A stretch of 64,000 nucleotides of DNA from Nitrospirota bacterium (GTDB lineage: Bacteria > Nitrospirota > JACRHJ01), in contig CAWJRJ010000020.1 in assembly GCA_963845245.1 (NCBI GenBank), positions 32,001 through 96,000 on the forward strand, written 5' to 3'. Below are positions 19,951 to 32,437 of the stretch, piece by piece (the stretch's first letter is position 1; each line of letters begins with the position of its first letter). The notes below the pieces were generated by a model. That model saw nothing but the letters and a program-made list of their open reading frames with translations. It made no database searches and was not told the DNA's origin. Position numbers and translations under genes: made by a program.

Positions 19951-20583
19951 ATGGAGGATAACGTGCTGGACACTGTAAAGAAGAAATCAATATTCAGGGA
20001 GTATCTTGAGGCCATAATAATAGCCGGGATCCTGGCGTTATTCATCCGGACATTTGTAGTCCAGGCGTTCAAGATACCTTCGGGCTCCATGGAAGATACC
20101 CTCCTGATAGGCGACCACATCCTTGTAAATAAATTCCTTTATGGCACCGGCATACCTTTCACCGACAAAAAGGTGCTTCCTCTACGCGAGCCGAAGCGGG
20201 GTGACATTATCGTATTCAAATACCCTGGCGACGAGACAAAGGATTTTATAAAAAGGGTGATAGGCACCCCGGGTGACGTCCTTCAGATAATAAACAAAAA
20301 GGTCTTTATTAACGGCAAACCGCTCGATGAGCCGTATACCGTTTACAAGGACGACGAAGTGCTCCCCAAGGCCCTCCAGGCCAGGGACAACTTCGGGCCG
20401 ATAAAAGTCCCGCCAGGAAAATATTTCATGATGGGTGACAACAGGGACAAGAGCCACGACAGCCGGTTCTGGGGTTTTGTTAATGAGAACAAGATAATAG
20501 GCAAAGCCATGATCATATATTGGTCGTGGGATTCCGATACAAGCTGGGTAAGGTGGAGACGCATGGGGCAATTGGTGCAATAG
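19951..20583 (+). CDS. lepB: Signal peptidase I
   Basis: IPSGSM, FIKRVIG, MMGDNRDKSHDSRFWG; start could be GTG 19963. Confidence 0.95.
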   Translation: MEDNVLDTVKKKSIFREYLEAIIIAGILALFIRTFVVQAFKIPSGSMEDTLLIGDHILVNKFLYGTGIPFTDKKVLPLREPKRGDIIVFKYPGDETKDFIKRVIGTPGDVLQIINKKVFINGKPLDEPYTVYKDDEVLPKALQARDNFGPIKVPPGKYFMMGDNRDKSHDSRFWGFVNENKIIGKAMIIYWSWDSDTSWVRWRRMGQLVQ

Positions 20584-20611
20584 CAGGCGCTGCAAAAGGA
20601 AGGAAAGTAAA

Positions 20612-20980
20612 ATGCTTTACGGAAACGAGGGCGGATCAAAGATAACAGTATTACTGTACATCATTGTGGCAATTGTCCTGATCTACGCGGGAATAAAAAC
20701 CATCCCCCCCTACCTGCATTATTACGCTATGGACGATGAAGTTGCCCAGCAGCTCCAGACTTCGTCTATAAATTCGGACGATGTAATAATTGATGGAATC
20801 CTGAAAAAGGCGCAGGAGCTTGAACTGCCTGTGGCAAAAGAAGATATAAAGCTTGTGCGCAAGGAAGATGGAAGCATAAGTGTGGACATTCAATGGGTTG
20901 AAGTTGCCGATTACGGTTACGGCTTCAAAAGGGAGTTCCCTTTTGTGCTTTCAACAAACACGAAAAAAATCAAGGAATAG
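20612..20980 (+). CDS. DUF4845-like single-TM protein
   Basis: Pilin-like N-terminal TM (NEGGSKITVLL...IPPY) in the usual position after lepB. Confidence 0.55.
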   Translation: MLYGNEGGSKITVLLYIIVAIVLIYAGIKTIPPYLHYYAMDDEVAQQLQTSSINSDDVIIDGILKKAQELELPVAKEDIKLVRKEDGSISVDIQWVEVADYGYGFKREFPFVLSTNTKKIKE

Positions 20981-20991
20981 CCTAAAGGTCC

Positions 20992-21020
20992 TTGACAAAA
21001 GATACAAAAAGATATAGTCT
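20992..21020 (+). promoter_or_regulatory. sigma70 promoter of pyr operon
   Basis: TTGACA-17 nt-TAGTCT. Confidence 0.75.
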
Positions 21021-21026
21021 ACTGCT

Positions 21027-21136
21027 CATCTCTTTAACGTAGTCCTGAGAGGCTAAGAAGGGAACCGTGTGGTTACTTATTATACTGAAAAAAGCCAAAC
21101 GATAGCCTCTCTGCATGCTCAGAGGGCTTTTTTTTT
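21027..21136 (+). promoter_or_regulatory. PyrR-binding attenuator leader
   Basis: CTTTAA...AGTCCTGAGAGGCT matches ARUCCNGNGAGGYU; GAGAGGCTA (21047-55) pairs with TAGCCTCTC (21103-11) as antiterminator. Confidence 0.9.
21104..21136 (+). terminator. Attenuator intrinsic terminator
   Basis: AGCCTCTCTG-CATGCT-CAGAGGGCT followed by T run. Confidence 0.85.
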
Positions 21137-21156
21137 GCCTTGAAACGGAGGTATGA

Positions 21157-21708
<552 letters not shown>

Positions 21709-21712
21709 CATT

Positions 21713-22636
21713 ATGCCACTAAAAACCAAGGACCTTCTGGGGATCGACGAGCTGGACAGGGATGAGATAGAACATATAATAACGACTGCCGAGTCCTTTA
21801 AAGAGGTTTCCACCCGCGATATCAAAAAGGTGCCAACGCTGCGGGGCCGTACCATAATAAACCTCTTTTTCGAGCCCAGCACCAGGACAAGGACATCTTT
21901 TGAGCTTGCGGGCAAGAGGCTTTCTGCGGATGTCCTGAACATATCGGCATCTACGAGCAGCGTTGTAAAGGGCGAGACCCTGCTCGATACCGCCAAAAAC
22001 ATTGAGGCAATGAGCTCGGACATCATAATCATCAGGCATTCCATGGCCGGCGCGCCTCATATCCTGGCCAAGGCGTTGAAAAGCTCGGTAATCAATGCGG
22101 GCGACGGTTCTCACGAGCATCCTACGCAGGCCCTGCTTGACCTCCTTACCATGAAGGAGCGGATGGGCACGGTCGAAGGCAAAAAGGTTGCCATAGTCGG
22201 CGACATCGCCCATAGCCGGGTCGCGCGCTCCAACATCCTCTGCCTGAAAAAAATGGGGGCCGAAGTACGGGTCTGCGGGCCTGCCACACTCATACCAAAG
22301 GGCATCGCGGACATGGGTGTCAAGGTCTACTACCGGCCCGAAGAGGCTTTGGAAGGTGTGGACGTCATAATGATGCTCCGTATCCAGATGGAGAGGCAGA
22401 CCAGGGGGCTCTTTCCCGGGGTGCGGGAGTATTCGCGCCTGTTCGGGCTCAATGCGCAAAGGGTCGGTCTGGCAAAAAAAGACGTGCTTATAATGCACCC
22501 GGGCCCGATAAACCGGGGCGTGGAAATATCCCCGGAGGTTGCGGACGGGCCGTATTCGGTTATACTCGACCAGGTCACAAACGGCGTCGCGGTGAGGATG
22601 GCGGTCATTTACCTCCTTACGGAAGGGAGGGCGTGA
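21713..22636 (+). CDS. pyrB: Aspartate carbamoyltransferase
   Basis: [39 protein letters not shown]. Confidence 0.97.
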   Translation: MPLKTKDLLGIDELDRDEIEHIITTAESFKEVSTRDIKKVPTLRGRTIINLFFEPSTRTRTSFELAGKRLSADVLNISASTSSVVKGETLLDTAKNIEAMSSDIIIIRHSMAGAPHILAKALKSSVINAGDGSHEHPTQALLDLLTMKERMGTVEGKKVAIVGDIAHSRVARSNILCLKKMGAEVRVCGPATLIPKGIADMGVKVYYRPEEALEGVDVIMMLRIQMERQTRGLFPGVREYSRLFGLNAQRVGLAKKDVLIMHPGPINRGVEISPEVADGPYSVILDQVTNGVAVRMAVIYLLTEGRA

Positions 22637-23919
22637 TGGGATTATTAATAAAAGGCGGCAGGGTGATAGACCCGGCCCAGGGCTTCGACGGCCCACTCGA
22701 TATACTGGTTGAAGACGGTTTTATTAAAGAGACCGGCCCTTCAGGCAAGCTGAAAGCGCCTAAAGGCGTCGATGTTATCGATGCGTCCGGCAAGATGGTG
22801 GTGCCGGGGCTTATCGACATGCACTGCCATCTGCGTGAGCCGGGTTTCGAGTATAAAGAGGATATAGACTCCGGTACCGCTGCCGCCGCTGCCGGCGGGT
22901 TCACTACCGTCTGCTGCATGCCGAACACCAACCCGGTGAACGACAACCGGGCCGTGACGGAGTATATCATCAACAGGTCCAGGGAAACCGGCAAATGCGA
23001 TGTGCTGCCTATCGGGGCCATAACCAAAGGTTCCATGGGCGTGGAGCTTTCCGAGATGGGGGACCTTGCGGGTGCGGGTTGCATAGGTTTCTCTGACGAC
23101 GGTAAGCCTGTCGCAACAGCGGAGATGATGAGGCGTGCGCTTGAATACTCCAAATCGCTTGGGCTTCCGGTCATATCGCACTGCGAGGAGCATTCCCTGT
23201 CCGAAGGCGGGGTTATGAACGAAGGGGCCGTTGCCACAAGGCTTGGCCTGAGGGGGATCCCTTCCGCTGCCGAGGACGTTATGGTGGCCAGGGATATTGA
23301 ACTACTCAGGCTTGCAGGCGGCAGGCTCCATATATGCCATGTCAGCACCAAGGGTTCCGTCGACCTTGTCCGCAGGGCAAAAAAGGAAGGGCTGGCCATT
23401 ACTGCCGAGACCTGTCCGCATTATTTTACCTTGACCGATAAAGAAGTTATGTCCTATAATACCAATTTTAAGGTCAACCCGCCCTTGAGGGCCGAAGAGG
23501 ACCGTGAGGCCATCATTGCGGGACTGGCTGATGGCACGTTGGATGTCATAGCGACCGACCATGCCCCTCATGCGGCATCCGAAAAAGAAGTCGAATTCGA
23601 CCTGGCGCCCTTCGGGATATCGGGCTTTGAGACGGCCCTTGCTCTCTCCCTGCATCTTGTCGACAGCGGGCGTCTTTCATTGAAAGATCTAATTTCAAAG
23701 TTTACCGTAAACCCCGCACTTGCGCTGGGGATAAACGTCCCGTCTTTAAAAACAGGGGGCCGCGCGGATATATCCATCATCGACCCCGGCCTGGAAAAAG
23801 AAGTGCGTCCTGAAAAGTTGATAAGCAAGGGGAAGAATACCGCTTACGCTGGAATGGTCCTTAAGGGCTGGCCTGTAATCACGATATTTAATGGAAAGGT
23901 TTCATGGCGGATGGAATAA
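22633..23919 (+). CDS. pyrC: Dihydroorotase
   Basis: [25 protein letters not shown]. Confidence 0.96.
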   Translation: MMGLLIKGGRVIDPAQGFDGPLDILVEDGFIKETGPSGKLKAPKGVDVIDASGKMVVPGLIDMHCHLREPGFEYKEDIDSGTAAAAAGGFTTVCCMPNTNPVNDNRAVTEYIINRSRETGKCDVLPIGAITKGSMGVELSEMGDLAGAGCIGFSDDGKPVATAEMMRRALEYSKSLGLPVISHCEEHSLSEGGVMNEGAVATRLGLRGIPSAAEDVMVARDIELLRLAGGRLHICHVSTKGSVDLVRRAKKEGLAITAETCPHYFTLTDKEVMSYNTNFKVNPPLRAEEDREAIIAGLADGTLDVIATDHAPHAASEKEVEFDLAPFGISGFETALALSLHLVDSGRLSLKDLISKFTVNPALALGINVPSLKTGGRADISIIDPGLEKEVRPEKLISKGKNTAYAGMVLKGWPVITIFNGKVSWRME

Positions 23920-24830
23920 CTATCATTAAGAAATTTCCGAGCAAGGGCAGGGGGCTAATTGCCCCGCTTTTTGTGTCCGGGCTACTGCTTTTATTTGCGG
24001 TAGTTGATTGTTTTGGCGCCGAACCAGCCCACTTGGCAAACCAGGACGCCAGTCAGCTCAGGAAGCTGACCGCGCCCTTCACTTTTGTAGTTTTCGGCGA
24101 CAACAGGACCGGAAACGAAGTCTATGGTGGGCTTGCTAAAAGGATTGTCGAAGAAAAACCAGCCTTCGTAATAAATGTGGGCGACGTGACTGCCGACGAG
24201 GGTGATGTGAAGTTGTGGAACGAATTCGTCAGGCTTTCAGCCCCGATAACAGTCCCGTACTTCATAGTGCCCGGTAACCATGAGATAAACGATAAGGGGT
24301 CGGAAGCAGAGTTCAAACAGTTTGTCCAGCAGCCCGGAAATGAGCTGTATTATTCCTTCAAGGTTGGCGGTGCGCTTTGTATAATACTTGATACGGAGCA
24401 GCCGGGGTTTGTATCCAGGATCGCCGGAGACCAGCAGGTATGGCTAAAAGGGGTGCTTGCCGGTTCGAAGGAGAAGTATAAGTTCGTTTTCCTGCACAGG
24501 CCTATGTACCCGTATAAGGGAGTGGGACATCACTATGGAGATTCTCTCAATAAATTTGAGGCAGACAGGGATAGACTTCAGTCCCTTTTTGTAAAGTACA
24601 AAGTGGACGCCGTGTTTGCCGGGCATGAGCACTTTTATAAAAGAGGCGAGAAGGACGGCATTGTTGAAGTCATAACTGGCGGCGGCGGCTCGCCGTTGTA
24701 CACCCATGAGAGCGAAGGCGGATTTTATCATTATATCAGGGCGGACATCAGTAAAAACTCAGCGGTTTTCAAGGTAATAGACGATAAGGGAATGGTTAGA
24801 GACACCTTTAAGATATCGAAGGGCGACTGA
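23904..24830 (+). CDS. Exported calcineurin-like metallophosphoesterase
   Basis: GDNR, NVGD, PGNHE, FLHRP, AGHEH, ITGGGG motifs; N-terminal hydrophobic signal. Confidence 0.85.
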   Translation: MADGITIIKKFPSKGRGLIAPLFVSGLLLLFAVVDCFGAEPAHLANQDASQLRKLTAPFTFVVFGDNRTGNEVYGGLAKRIVEEKPAFVINVGDVTADEGDVKLWNEFVRLSAPITVPYFIVPGNHEINDKGSEAEFKQFVQQPGNELYYSFKVGGALCIILDTEQPGFVSRIAGDQQVWLKGVLAGSKEKYKFVFLHRPMYPYKGVGHHYGDSLNKFEADRDRLQSLFVKYKVDAVFAGHEHFYKRGEKDGIVEVITGGGGSPLYTHESEGGFYHYIRADISKNSAVFKVIDDKGMVRDTFKISKGD

Positions 24831-24833
24831 TTT

Positions 24834-25970
24834 ATGAAAAAGGCAATACTAGCGCTTGCAGACGGGACATTCTATGAAGGCATATCATTCGGTGCCGAGG
24901 GCGAGGGCGGTGGCGAGGTGGTCTTCAACACCTCCATGACCGGGTATCAGGAGATACTGACAGACCCTTCTTATAAGGGGCAGATGGTCACGATGACATA
25001 CCCGCTGATCGGCAACTACGGCGTAAACGCCGAGGACGTGGAGTCCGGCAGGCCGTGGGCGGACGGCTTTATCGTAAAGGAATGCAGCGACTACCCCAGC
25101 AACTGGCGCAGCCGCGGCAGCCTCGACTCCTACCTCAAGAGCTTTAACATTGTAGGCATACAAAGCATCGACACCCGTGCCCTTACAAAACATCTACGCG
25201 ACAAGGGCGCTCAGCAGGGGATAATCTCAACGGTGAACATTGACCCTAAAGACCTCTGCGCGAAGGCTGCCGCAAGACCTGTTATGGTGGGGCAAGACCT
25301 GGCGAAAGAGGTCACCTGCAAGGAGCCGTACAATGCCAGGCAGACTGTCTGGACGTTGGATAAAGGCTACGGCGAGCTGGATCATCCAACGATGAAGGTG
25401 GTCGCCATGGACTTCGGGATCAAGCGCAATATGCTGAGGATACTTGCATCGCTTGGCTGCGACGTCACGGTCGTGCCCGCCACCACCACCTGGCAGGAGG
25501 TCATGGCCTATAACCCGGACGGCGTGCTGCTAAGCAACGGCCCCGGCGACCCTGAACCGGTGACTTATGCCATCGAGACCATAAAGAACCTTATCGGCAA
25601 GGTGCCCATCTTCGGGATATGCCTCGGTCACCAGCTGCTTGGCATCGCCCTGGGCGGCAAGACGTATAAACTGAAATTCGGACACCACGGGGCAAACCAG
25701 CCGGTGATGGACCTGTCCACCCGCAAGGTGGAGATAACATCGCAGAACCACGGCTTCGCGGTGGACATGGATACCGTGCCGCCCGAGGTGGAGCTTACGC
25801 ATATAAACCTGAACGACAAGACGGTGGAGGGCATGCGCCACAGGGACCTGCCCATCTTCAGCGTGCAGTACCACCCGGAGTCAAGCCCCGGCCCGCACGA
25901 CTCCTCGTACCTGTTCGACAGGTTTATGGCGATGATGGAGATAGAGAAGCTGAAGGTCACAAATTCGTAG
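24834..25970 (+). CDS. carA: Carbamoyl-phosphate synthase small subunit
   Basis: [38 protein letters not shown]. Confidence 0.97.
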   Translation: MKKAILALADGTFYEGISFGAEGEGGGEVVFNTSMTGYQEILTDPSYKGQMVTMTYPLIGNYGVNAEDVESGRPWADGFIVKECSDYPSNWRSRGSLDSYLKSFNIVGIQSIDTRALTKHLRDKGAQQGIISTVNIDPKDLCAKAAARPVMVGQDLAKEVTCKEPYNARQTVWTLDKGYGELDHPTMKVVAMDFGIKRNMLRILASLGCDVTVVPATTTWQEVMAYNPDGVLLSNGPGDPEPVTYAIETIKNLIGKVPIFGICLGHQLLGIALGGKTYKLKFGHHGANQPVMDLSTRKVEITSQNHGFAVDMDTVPPEVELTHINLNDKTVEGMRHRDLPIFSVQYHPESSPGPHDSSYLFDRFMAMMEIEKLKVTNS

Positions 25971-25994
25971 GGGCCGTACCCTCGTGTCGGCCCT
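25967..25994 (+). repeat. GTAG-type REP-like palindrome, copy 1
   Basis: GTAGGGGCCGTACCCTCGTGTCGGCCCT; supplies the carA stop codon. Confidence 0.7.
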
Positions 25995-26013
25995 AAATAG
26001 GTTTTGAAGTGCA

Positions 26014-26931
26014 ATGCATTCAGGTTATTTGAAAATCCCGAAAGAAGAGCTGGTCCGCCGCGCAGATAAGGCGCGGGAGATGCTTAAGTCATGCAGTATC
26101 TGCCCCAACGACTGCGGGGTGAACAGGCTCGAAGGTGAAGTCGGCCTCTGCCATGCCGGGGCGAACGTGAAGGTGGCGTCCTGGAACCTGCACCAGGGCG
26201 AGGAGCCGCCGATAACCGGCACGCGGGGCTCCGGTACGATATTCTTCAGCTTCTGCACGCTCAAGTGCGTCTACTGCCAGAACTGGCCCATAAGCCAGAA
26301 GGGCAACGGCAAGGAGACGGACGCGGCAGGGCTGGCCGAGATGATGCTGGAGCTGAAGGGCAGGGGGGCGCACAATATAAACTTCGTCACCCCGACGCAT
26401 TACATGCCCCAGATACTTGAGGCGCTGGTAATCGCGGTCGACAAAGGTTTCGACCTGCCCATAGTGTACAACACGAGCGGGTACGAGGTCGTCCCGGCGC
26501 TCAGGCTGCTTGACGGGATAGTGGACATATACCTGCCGGACATGCGGTACGCATGCGACCTGCAGGCGAAGAAGTACTCTAAGGCGAAGATGTACTCGAT
26601 GTACAACCGCGCCGCGATAAAGGAGATGTTCAGGCAGGTCGGGAACCTGGTTGTGGACGATGACGGCATCGCCGTCAAGGGGCTTATCATCAGGCACCTC
26701 GTGCTGCCGGGCGGCGTATCCGGGACTGAGGAGATAATGAAGTTCCTCTCGTCCGAGGTATCGAAGGAAGTGCATATAAGCCTTATGGCGCAGTACTTCC
26801 CGACCTACAAGTCGAATACGTTCCCGGAGTTGGACAGGAAGATTACCGCCGATGAGTACGAAGCGGCGGTCAATATACTGGAGAAGTACGGTCTTGAGGA
26901 AGGCTGGATACAGGAGTTCGAATATTCATAA
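26014..26931 (+). CDS. Radical SAM protein (PflX-like putative activating enzyme)
   Basis: CSICPNDCGVNR N-terminal Cys cluster, GEEPPI.G..GSGTIFF, CTLKCVYCQN, RHLVLP. Confidence 0.85.
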   Translation: MHSGYLKIPKEELVRRADKAREMLKSCSICPNDCGVNRLEGEVGLCHAGANVKVASWNLHQGEEPPITGTRGSGTIFFSFCTLKCVYCQNWPISQKGNGKETDAAGLAEMMLELKGRGAHNINFVTPTHYMPQILEALVIAVDKGFDLPIVYNTSGYEVVPALRLLDGIVDIYLPDMRYACDLQAKKYSKAKMYSMYNRAAIKEMFRQVGNLVVDDDGIAVKGLIIRHLVLPGGVSGTEEIMKFLSSEVSKEVHISLMAQYFPTYKSNTFPELDRKITADEYEAAVNILEKYGLEEGWIQEFEYS

Positions 26932-26935
26932 TTAT

Positions 26936-26961
26936 GTAGGGGCCGACCCGTGTGTCGGCCC
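26936..26961 (+). repeat. GTAG-type REP-like palindrome, copy 2
   Basis: GTAG-GGGCCGAC-CCGTGT-GTCGGCCC, perfect 8-bp stem. Confidence 0.75.
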
Positions 26962-26988
26962 GAATGTAAAATAAAGCAAGAGGTATGA

Positions 26989-29900
26989 ATGCCAAAGCGT
27001 GATGACATCAAGAAGATTCTTATTATAGGTTCCGGCCCGATCGTCATAGGCCAGGCCTGCGAGTTCGACTACTCCGGCACACAGGCCTGCAAGGCCCTGA
27101 AGGAAGAGGGCTACGAGGTCGTGCTGATAAACTCGAACCCGGCCACCATCATGACCGACCCCGACACGGCCGACCGCACGTACATCGAGCCGATAAGGCC
27201 GGACGTGGTGGAGAAGATAATAGAGCGCGAACGGCCCGATGCCCTGCTGCCGACGATGGGCGGCCAGACTGCGCTGAATACCGCCGTCTCGCTCGCCGAG
27301 ATGGGCGTGCTGGCAAAGTTCGGCGTGGAGCTGATCGGCGCAAAGCTGCATGCGATAAAGAAGGCCGAGGACCGCGACGAGTTCAAGGAGGCGATGAGGC
27401 GTATCGGCCTCGACGTGCCGACATCCGGCTATGCCCACTCGAAGGCCGAGGCGATGAGCTTTGTGAATACCGTCGGCTTTCCGGCAATAATAAGGCCGTC
27501 GTTCACGATGGGCGGCACCGGCGGAAGCGTCGCATACAATATCGAGGAATACGAGCAGCAGATCGACTGGGGACTTCAGGCAAGCCCTAGCCATGAGCTG
27601 CTGGTGGAAGAGTCCCTGATCGGCTGGAAGGAATACGAGCTTGAGGTGATGCGCGACACAAAGGACAACGTCGTCATCGTCTGCTCCATTGAGAACTTCG
27701 ACCCGATGGGCGTACATACCGGAGACAGCATAACGGTAGCCCCGGCCCAGACCCTCACCGACAAGGAATACCAGTTGATGAGGGACGCCAGCGTGCGGAT
27801 CATCCGCGAGATAGGCGTCGATACCGGCGGCTCCAACATCCAGTTCGGGGTAAACCCTGAAAACGGCAAGATGGTCGTAATAGAGATGAACCCGCGCGTA
27901 TCGAGAAGCTCCGCGCTGGCATCAAAGGCGACCGGGTTCCCCATCGCCAAGATCGCCGCAAAACTGGCGGTCGGCTATACGCTGGACGAGATAACCAACG
28001 ACATAACCCGCGTTACCCCGGCATCCTTCGAGCCGACGATAGACTATGTGGTAACGAAGTTCCCGCGCTTCGCGTTTGAGAAATTCCCGCAGGCGGACCA
28101 GACCCTTACCACCCAGATGAAGTCGGTCGGCGAGGCGATGGCGATAGGCCGCACCTTCAAGGAGTCGCTCCAGAAGTCGCTACGCTCCCTTGAGATCGGC
28201 TCCTACGGGCTTGAGCGCAGGGACGAGGACCTTGCTACGATAAAGAACCTGATAAAGACGCCGACCGTGGAAAGGGTATGGCTGCTTGCCGAGGGTTTCA
28301 GGAAAGGGCTGACCATCCAGGAGGCCTACGAGGAGACGAAGATAGACCCGTGGTTCCTGAACAACCTCAAGGAAATAGTCGATTTCGAGGACGTTATCAA
28401 GGATGCCTGGAAGGATCTGGACAAGACAGTAATGAAGCGGACAAAGGAGCTGGGCTTCTCGGACCGCATGATAGCAGGGTTGATCGGCGCCACCGAAGAC
28501 GAGGTGCGGGCCAGGCGCAAGGAGTTTGGCATTAAGGCCGTATTCAAGACGGTCGACACCTGCGGCGCGGAGTTTGTCGCCTATACGCCCTACCTCTATT
28601 CCACCTATGAGCAGGAGTGCGAGGCCGCACCGAGCGACAAGAAAAAGATCGTCATCCTTGGCGGCGGGCCCAACCGTATCGGCCAGGGTATAGAGTTCGA
28701 CTACTGCTGCGTGCATGGCGCCTTCGCACTCAAAGATGACGGGTTCGAGACGATAATGGTCAACTGCAACCCGGAGACGGTCAGCACCGACTACGACACA
28801 TCGGACAAGCTGTACTTCGAGCCGCTGACACTCGAAGACGTGCTTTCAATAGTCGAGAGAGAGAACCCGGACGGGATAATCGTGCAGTTCGGAGGGCAGA
28901 CGCCGCTCAAGCTGGCCGTGCCGCTTGAGAAGGCCGGTGTGAAGATAATAGGCACGTCTCCGGACTCCATCGACCGCGCGGAGAACAGGGAACGCTTCAA
29001 GGAGCTTTTAAACAAGCTTGGCCTCAAGCAGCCGGACAACGGAATAGCGTGGAGCGCGGACGAGGCGGTCGAGGCCGCCGTCAGGATAGGTTTCCCTGTG
29101 ATAGTGAGGCCGTCGTATGTCCTGGGCGGGCGGGCGATGGAGGTCTGCTATGACACAGACAGCCTGAGGCGCTACATGGTACATGCCGTAAAGGTGTCGC
29201 CGGAACATCCGATACTGATAGACAAGTACCTGGAAGATGCAGTCGAAGTGGACGTGGATGCCATATCGGACGGCAAGCTGGTCGTCATAGGCGGTGTAAT
29301 GGAGCATATAGAGGAGGCCGGCGTGCATTCGGGCGACTCTGCATGCTCACTGCCTCCATATTCTCTCGATAAAGATGTCATAGAAGAGATATCCAAGCAG
29401 ACGAAGGCCATGGCCCTGGAGCTTGGTGTAATCGGGCTCATGAACGTACAGTTTGCGGTGAAGGACGGCGAGATATTCATTCTCGAAGTAAACCCGCGCG
29501 CCTCGCGTACCGTGCCGTTCGTAAGCAAGGTTACCGGCGTGCCGCTCGCGAAGCTTGCCGCCAGGATAATGGCAGGCAAGACCCTTGAGGAACTTGGTTT
29601 CACAAAAGAGGTGGAGCTTAAGTATACCGCGGTGAAAGAGGCCGTCTTCCCGTTCGCCAAGTTCCCGGGCGTGGATACCATACTCGGCCCTGAGATGAAG
29701 TCTACGGGCGAGGTTATGGGTATAGACGAGGACTTCGGCAAGGCCTTCGCAAAGGCCCAGTCAGGGGCGGGCTCACACCTGCCGAACAGGGGCAAGGTGC
29801 TTATCAGCGTGAAGGACAAGGACAAGAACGCGCTCCTGGTGTCGATTGCGAAAGACCTGACCTCGATGGGCTTCAAGATAGAGGCTACAAAGGGTACCGC

Positions 29901-30192
29901 CGCATTCCTTAAAGGAAAAGATATCGCCGTAGAGGTTGTAAAGAAGGTCAAGGAAGGAAGGCCCCACATAGTGGACCACCTCAAGAACGGCGATATAGAC
30001 ATCGTCATAAACACCGTCTTCGGGTCGGATTCGCAGGCGGATTCTTACAGCATAAGGCGCACCACCCTTAACCAGAACGTGCCGTACTTCACGACACTTT
30101 CCGGCGCCAGGGCCGCCACCAGGGCCATAAGCTCAAACATAAAGAACGAATGCAGTGTCAAGACGATCCAGGAGTACCACGGCAGGGTCTAA
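26989..30192 (+). CDS. carB: Carbamoyl-phosphate synthase large subunit
   Basis: [38 protein letters not shown]; 1067 aa. Confidence 0.98.
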   Translation: MPKRDDIKKILIIGSGPIVIGQACEFDYSGTQACKALKEEGYEVVLINSNPATIMTDPDTADRTYIEPIRPDVVEKIIERERPDALLPTMGGQTALNTAVSLAEMGVLAKFGVELIGAKLHAIKKAEDRDEFKEAMRRIGLDVPTSGYAHSKAEAMSFVNTVGFPAIIRPSFTMGGTGGSVAYNIEEYEQQIDWGLQASPSHELLVEESLIGWKEYELEVMRDTKDNVVIVCSIENFDPMGVHTGDSITVAPAQTLTDKEYQLMRDASVRIIREIGVDTGGSNIQFGVNPENGKMVVIEMNPRVSRSSALASKATGFPIAKIAAKLAVGYTLDEITNDITRVTPASFEPTIDYVVTKFPRFAFEKFPQADQTLTTQMKSVGEAMAIGRTFKESLQKSLRSLEIGSYGLERRDEDLATIKNLIKTPTVERVWLLAEGFRKGLTIQEAYEETKIDPWFLNNLKEIVDFEDVIKDAWKDLDKTVMKRTKELGFSDRMIAGLIGATEDEVRARRKEFGIKAVFKTVDTCGAEFVAYTPYLYSTYEQECEAAPSDKKKIVILGGGPNRIGQGIEFDYCCVHGAFALKDDGFETIMVNCNPETVSTDYDTSDKLYFEPLTLEDVLSIVERENPDGIIVQFGGQTPLKLAVPLEKAGVKIIGTSPDSIDRAENRERFKELLNKLGLKQPDNGIAWSADEAVEAAVRIGFPVIVRPSYVLGGRAMEVCYDTDSLRRYMVHAVKVSPEHPILIDKYLEDAVEVDVDAISDGKLVVIGGVMEHIEEAGVHSGDSACSLPPYSLDKDVIEEISKQTKAMALELGVIGLMNVQFAVKDGEIFILEVNPRASRTVPFVSKVTGVPLAKLAARIMAGKTLEELGFTKEVELKYTAVKEAVFPFAKFPGVDTILGPEMKSTGEVMGIDEDFGKAFAKAQSGAGSHLPNRGKVLISVKDKDKNALLVSIAKDLTSMGFKIEATKGTAAFLKGKDIAVEVVKKVKEGRPHIVDHLKNGDIDIVINTVFGSDSQADSYSIRRTTLNQNVPYFTTLSGARAATRAISSNIKNECSVKTIQEYHGRV

Positions 30193-30217
30193 TAATTAGT
30201 AGAGGAGCGCGATTGTA

Positions 30218-30700
30218 ATGGCCGAAAAGATACCGATGACGAAAAAGGGCTTTATGAAGCTCCAGGAAGAGCTGGAGCGGCTCAGGAAGGTTGAGCAGGC
30301 CCAAGAACATTAAGGATATTGAAGAGGCCAGGGGCCACGGCGACCTCTCCGAGAATGCGGAGTACCATGCCGCCAAGGAAAGGCAGGGGTTCATCGAGGG
30401 CCGTATGCAGGAGCTTCAGGGTAAGCTCGCCCATTCGCAGGTGATCGACACCAGCAAGCTTCACTAACGAGAAGGTGGTGTTCGGCGCGACCGTCGTGCT
30501 CCTTGACCAGGACTCGGAGGAAGAAAAAAAATATACGCTGGTCGGCACGGACGAGGCGGACCTGAAGGAAGGCAAGATATCCGTGATATCCCCGGTCGGC
30601 AAGGCGCTTGATAGGCCACCGCGTGGGCGATGTCGTGTCGATAAGGGTACCGGCCGGCACGGTGGATTACGAAGTACTGGACATATCTTTCGAGGAATGA
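30218..30700 (+). CDS. greA: Transcription elongation factor GreA (three apparent single-base insertions)
   Basis: Manual reading across frames: MAEKIPMT...[21 protein letters not shown]...VVFGATV...[13 protein letters not shown]...[10 protein letters not shown]. Confidence 0.9.
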
Positions 30701-31507
30701 TGCTTTCTAAGGAAGCGGTAATAACATCCAATATAAATCTTTTCGGCGACTACTACCTGCTTGAGGTGACGGCCAAAGGCATAGGCGCCAAGGCGAGCCC
30801 GGGCCAGTTCTTCATGGTCAAGGTGGGACCGGGTACTGACCCGCTTTTGAGACGGCCCTTCGGCCTTCATAAAATCGTCTCGCCGGATTCAATAAAGATG
30901 CTTTACCGCGCGGCCGGTTATGGGACGAAGCTTTTGACGAAGATGGTCAAAGGCGACGCGCTGAACATACTGGGCCCGCTCGGGAACGGGTTCAAGGTTG
31001 CAAAAGATACCAACCATGCGCTGATCGTCGCGGGCGGCATAGGTGTTGCCCCGATGGTGGCGCTTGCCGAAGAGATAAAGAATAAACAGCCGGATACTCA
31101 TGTTGTCTGCTTTATCGGCGGCAGGGGCAAGGACGACATCCTGGGCGTGAACGAATTCAGGAACCTCGGGCTCAGGGTCTATGTACAGCACCGAAGACGG
31201 GAGCCTCCCGAAGAAGGGCTACGTGACGGACCCGCTTGAGCAGTATATGTCAAAGTTCGAGGCGAAGGGGTTCGGCGGCTGGGCAATATACTCGTGCGGG
31301 CCGACCCCGATGCTCAGGAGCGTCGCGGCGGTGGCCGCTCGACATGGCATAAAGAACTTCGCGTCGCTGGAGGCCAACATGGCCTGCGGGATCGGCGCGT
31401 GCATGGGCTGTGTCGTGTCTGTGCAGGACAGTAAGAACGGCTCGCAGGTTTACAAGAAGGTCTGCGAGGACGGGCCGGTCTTCGATGCAGAGGACGTGGT
31501 ATGGTGA
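30697..31507 (+). CDS. pyrK: Dihydroorotate dehydrogenase electron-transfer subunit (apparent frameshift near 31180)
   Basis: PGQF, LRRPFG, GPLGNGF, AGGIGVAP, YSCGP, MACGIGACMGC, CEDGPVF. Confidence 0.92.
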
Positions 31508-32437
31508 AGAAGCAAAAGGCGTTTGTGCCATCTCTCGCAGTTGAAGCTCGGGCCACTGAAGCTCAAGAACCCGGTGATTACCGCGTCCGGCACCTTCGGA
31601 TACGGCGAGGAGTACTCGAAGTACTTCGACCTGAACAAGATAGGCGGCATAACCGTGAAGGGACTGTCGCTTCATCCCAAGCAGGGCAACCCGCCGCCCC
31701 GGATATGCGAGACGCCGTCCGGGATGCTGAACGCCATCGGGCTCCAGAACGTGGGCGTCGAGGAGTTCATAAATAAAAAACTTCCCTTCCTGAGGAAGTA
31801 CGACACTAAAGTAATCGCGAATATATTCGGCAATACAATCGAGGAGTACGAGGCTGTCGCCGCAAGGCTAGACAGGGCCGATGGCGTCCATGCGATCGAG
31901 GTCAATATCTCATGCCCGAACGTTAAAAAGGGCGGCATGGCCTTCGGCACAGACCTGAACTCCACATATGATGTGTTGAAGGCGGTAAGGAACGCGACCG
32001 GCCTTCCGGTGATTGCGAAGCTCTCGCCTAACGTGACGGACGTCGTGCCGTTTGCCGACAAGGCCGCGCATGCAGGCGTGGATGCGCTCTCGCTGATAAA
32101 TACACTGGTCGGCATGGCGATCAACATCAATACCAGAAAGCCGCGTATCGCAAACATAACCGGCGGCCTCTCAGGCCCGGCAATAAGGCCGGTGGCCATA
32201 CGCATCGTCTGGCAGGTCCACAAGGCAGTCGGCCTACCCATAATCGGGATGGGCGGCATAATGAACGCGGACGACGCGGTCGAGTTCATGCTCGCCGGAG
32301 CAACCGCCGTGGCTGTGGGCACTGCCAACTTCGTGAACCCCACCGCTCCGGCTGACATAGTCGAAGGCATAAGCAGTTATCTGGCTTCGAGGAAGATTGA
32401 CCATGTTCAGCATATTGTCGGACAGGTGGAAGCTTAA
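31501..32437 (+). CDS. pyrD: Dihydroorotate dehydrogenase B catalytic subunit (apparent frameshift near 31543)
   Basis: KNPVITASGTFGYG, EVNISCPNVKKGG, KLSPNV, GGLSGPAI. Confidence 0.95.

Noticed and set aside
21719..23399. Long antisense ORFs (325 aa, 260 aa) opposite pyrB/pyrC; similar ones opposite carB, kdsD and pyrG (50859..51881)
   Set aside because: No recognisable motifs; expected from GC-rich third-position codon bias on the real strand
25967..26961. CRISPR array or IS ends
   Set aside because: Only two copies about 1 kb apart, direct orientation, no cas or transposase gene
30218..30700. greA as a pseudogene (three breaks) or a greA-pyrK fusion (ORF 30475..31239)
   Set aside because: All motifs are intact and each break is a single extra base, matching the window-wide error pattern; the fusion is an artefact of the third insertion
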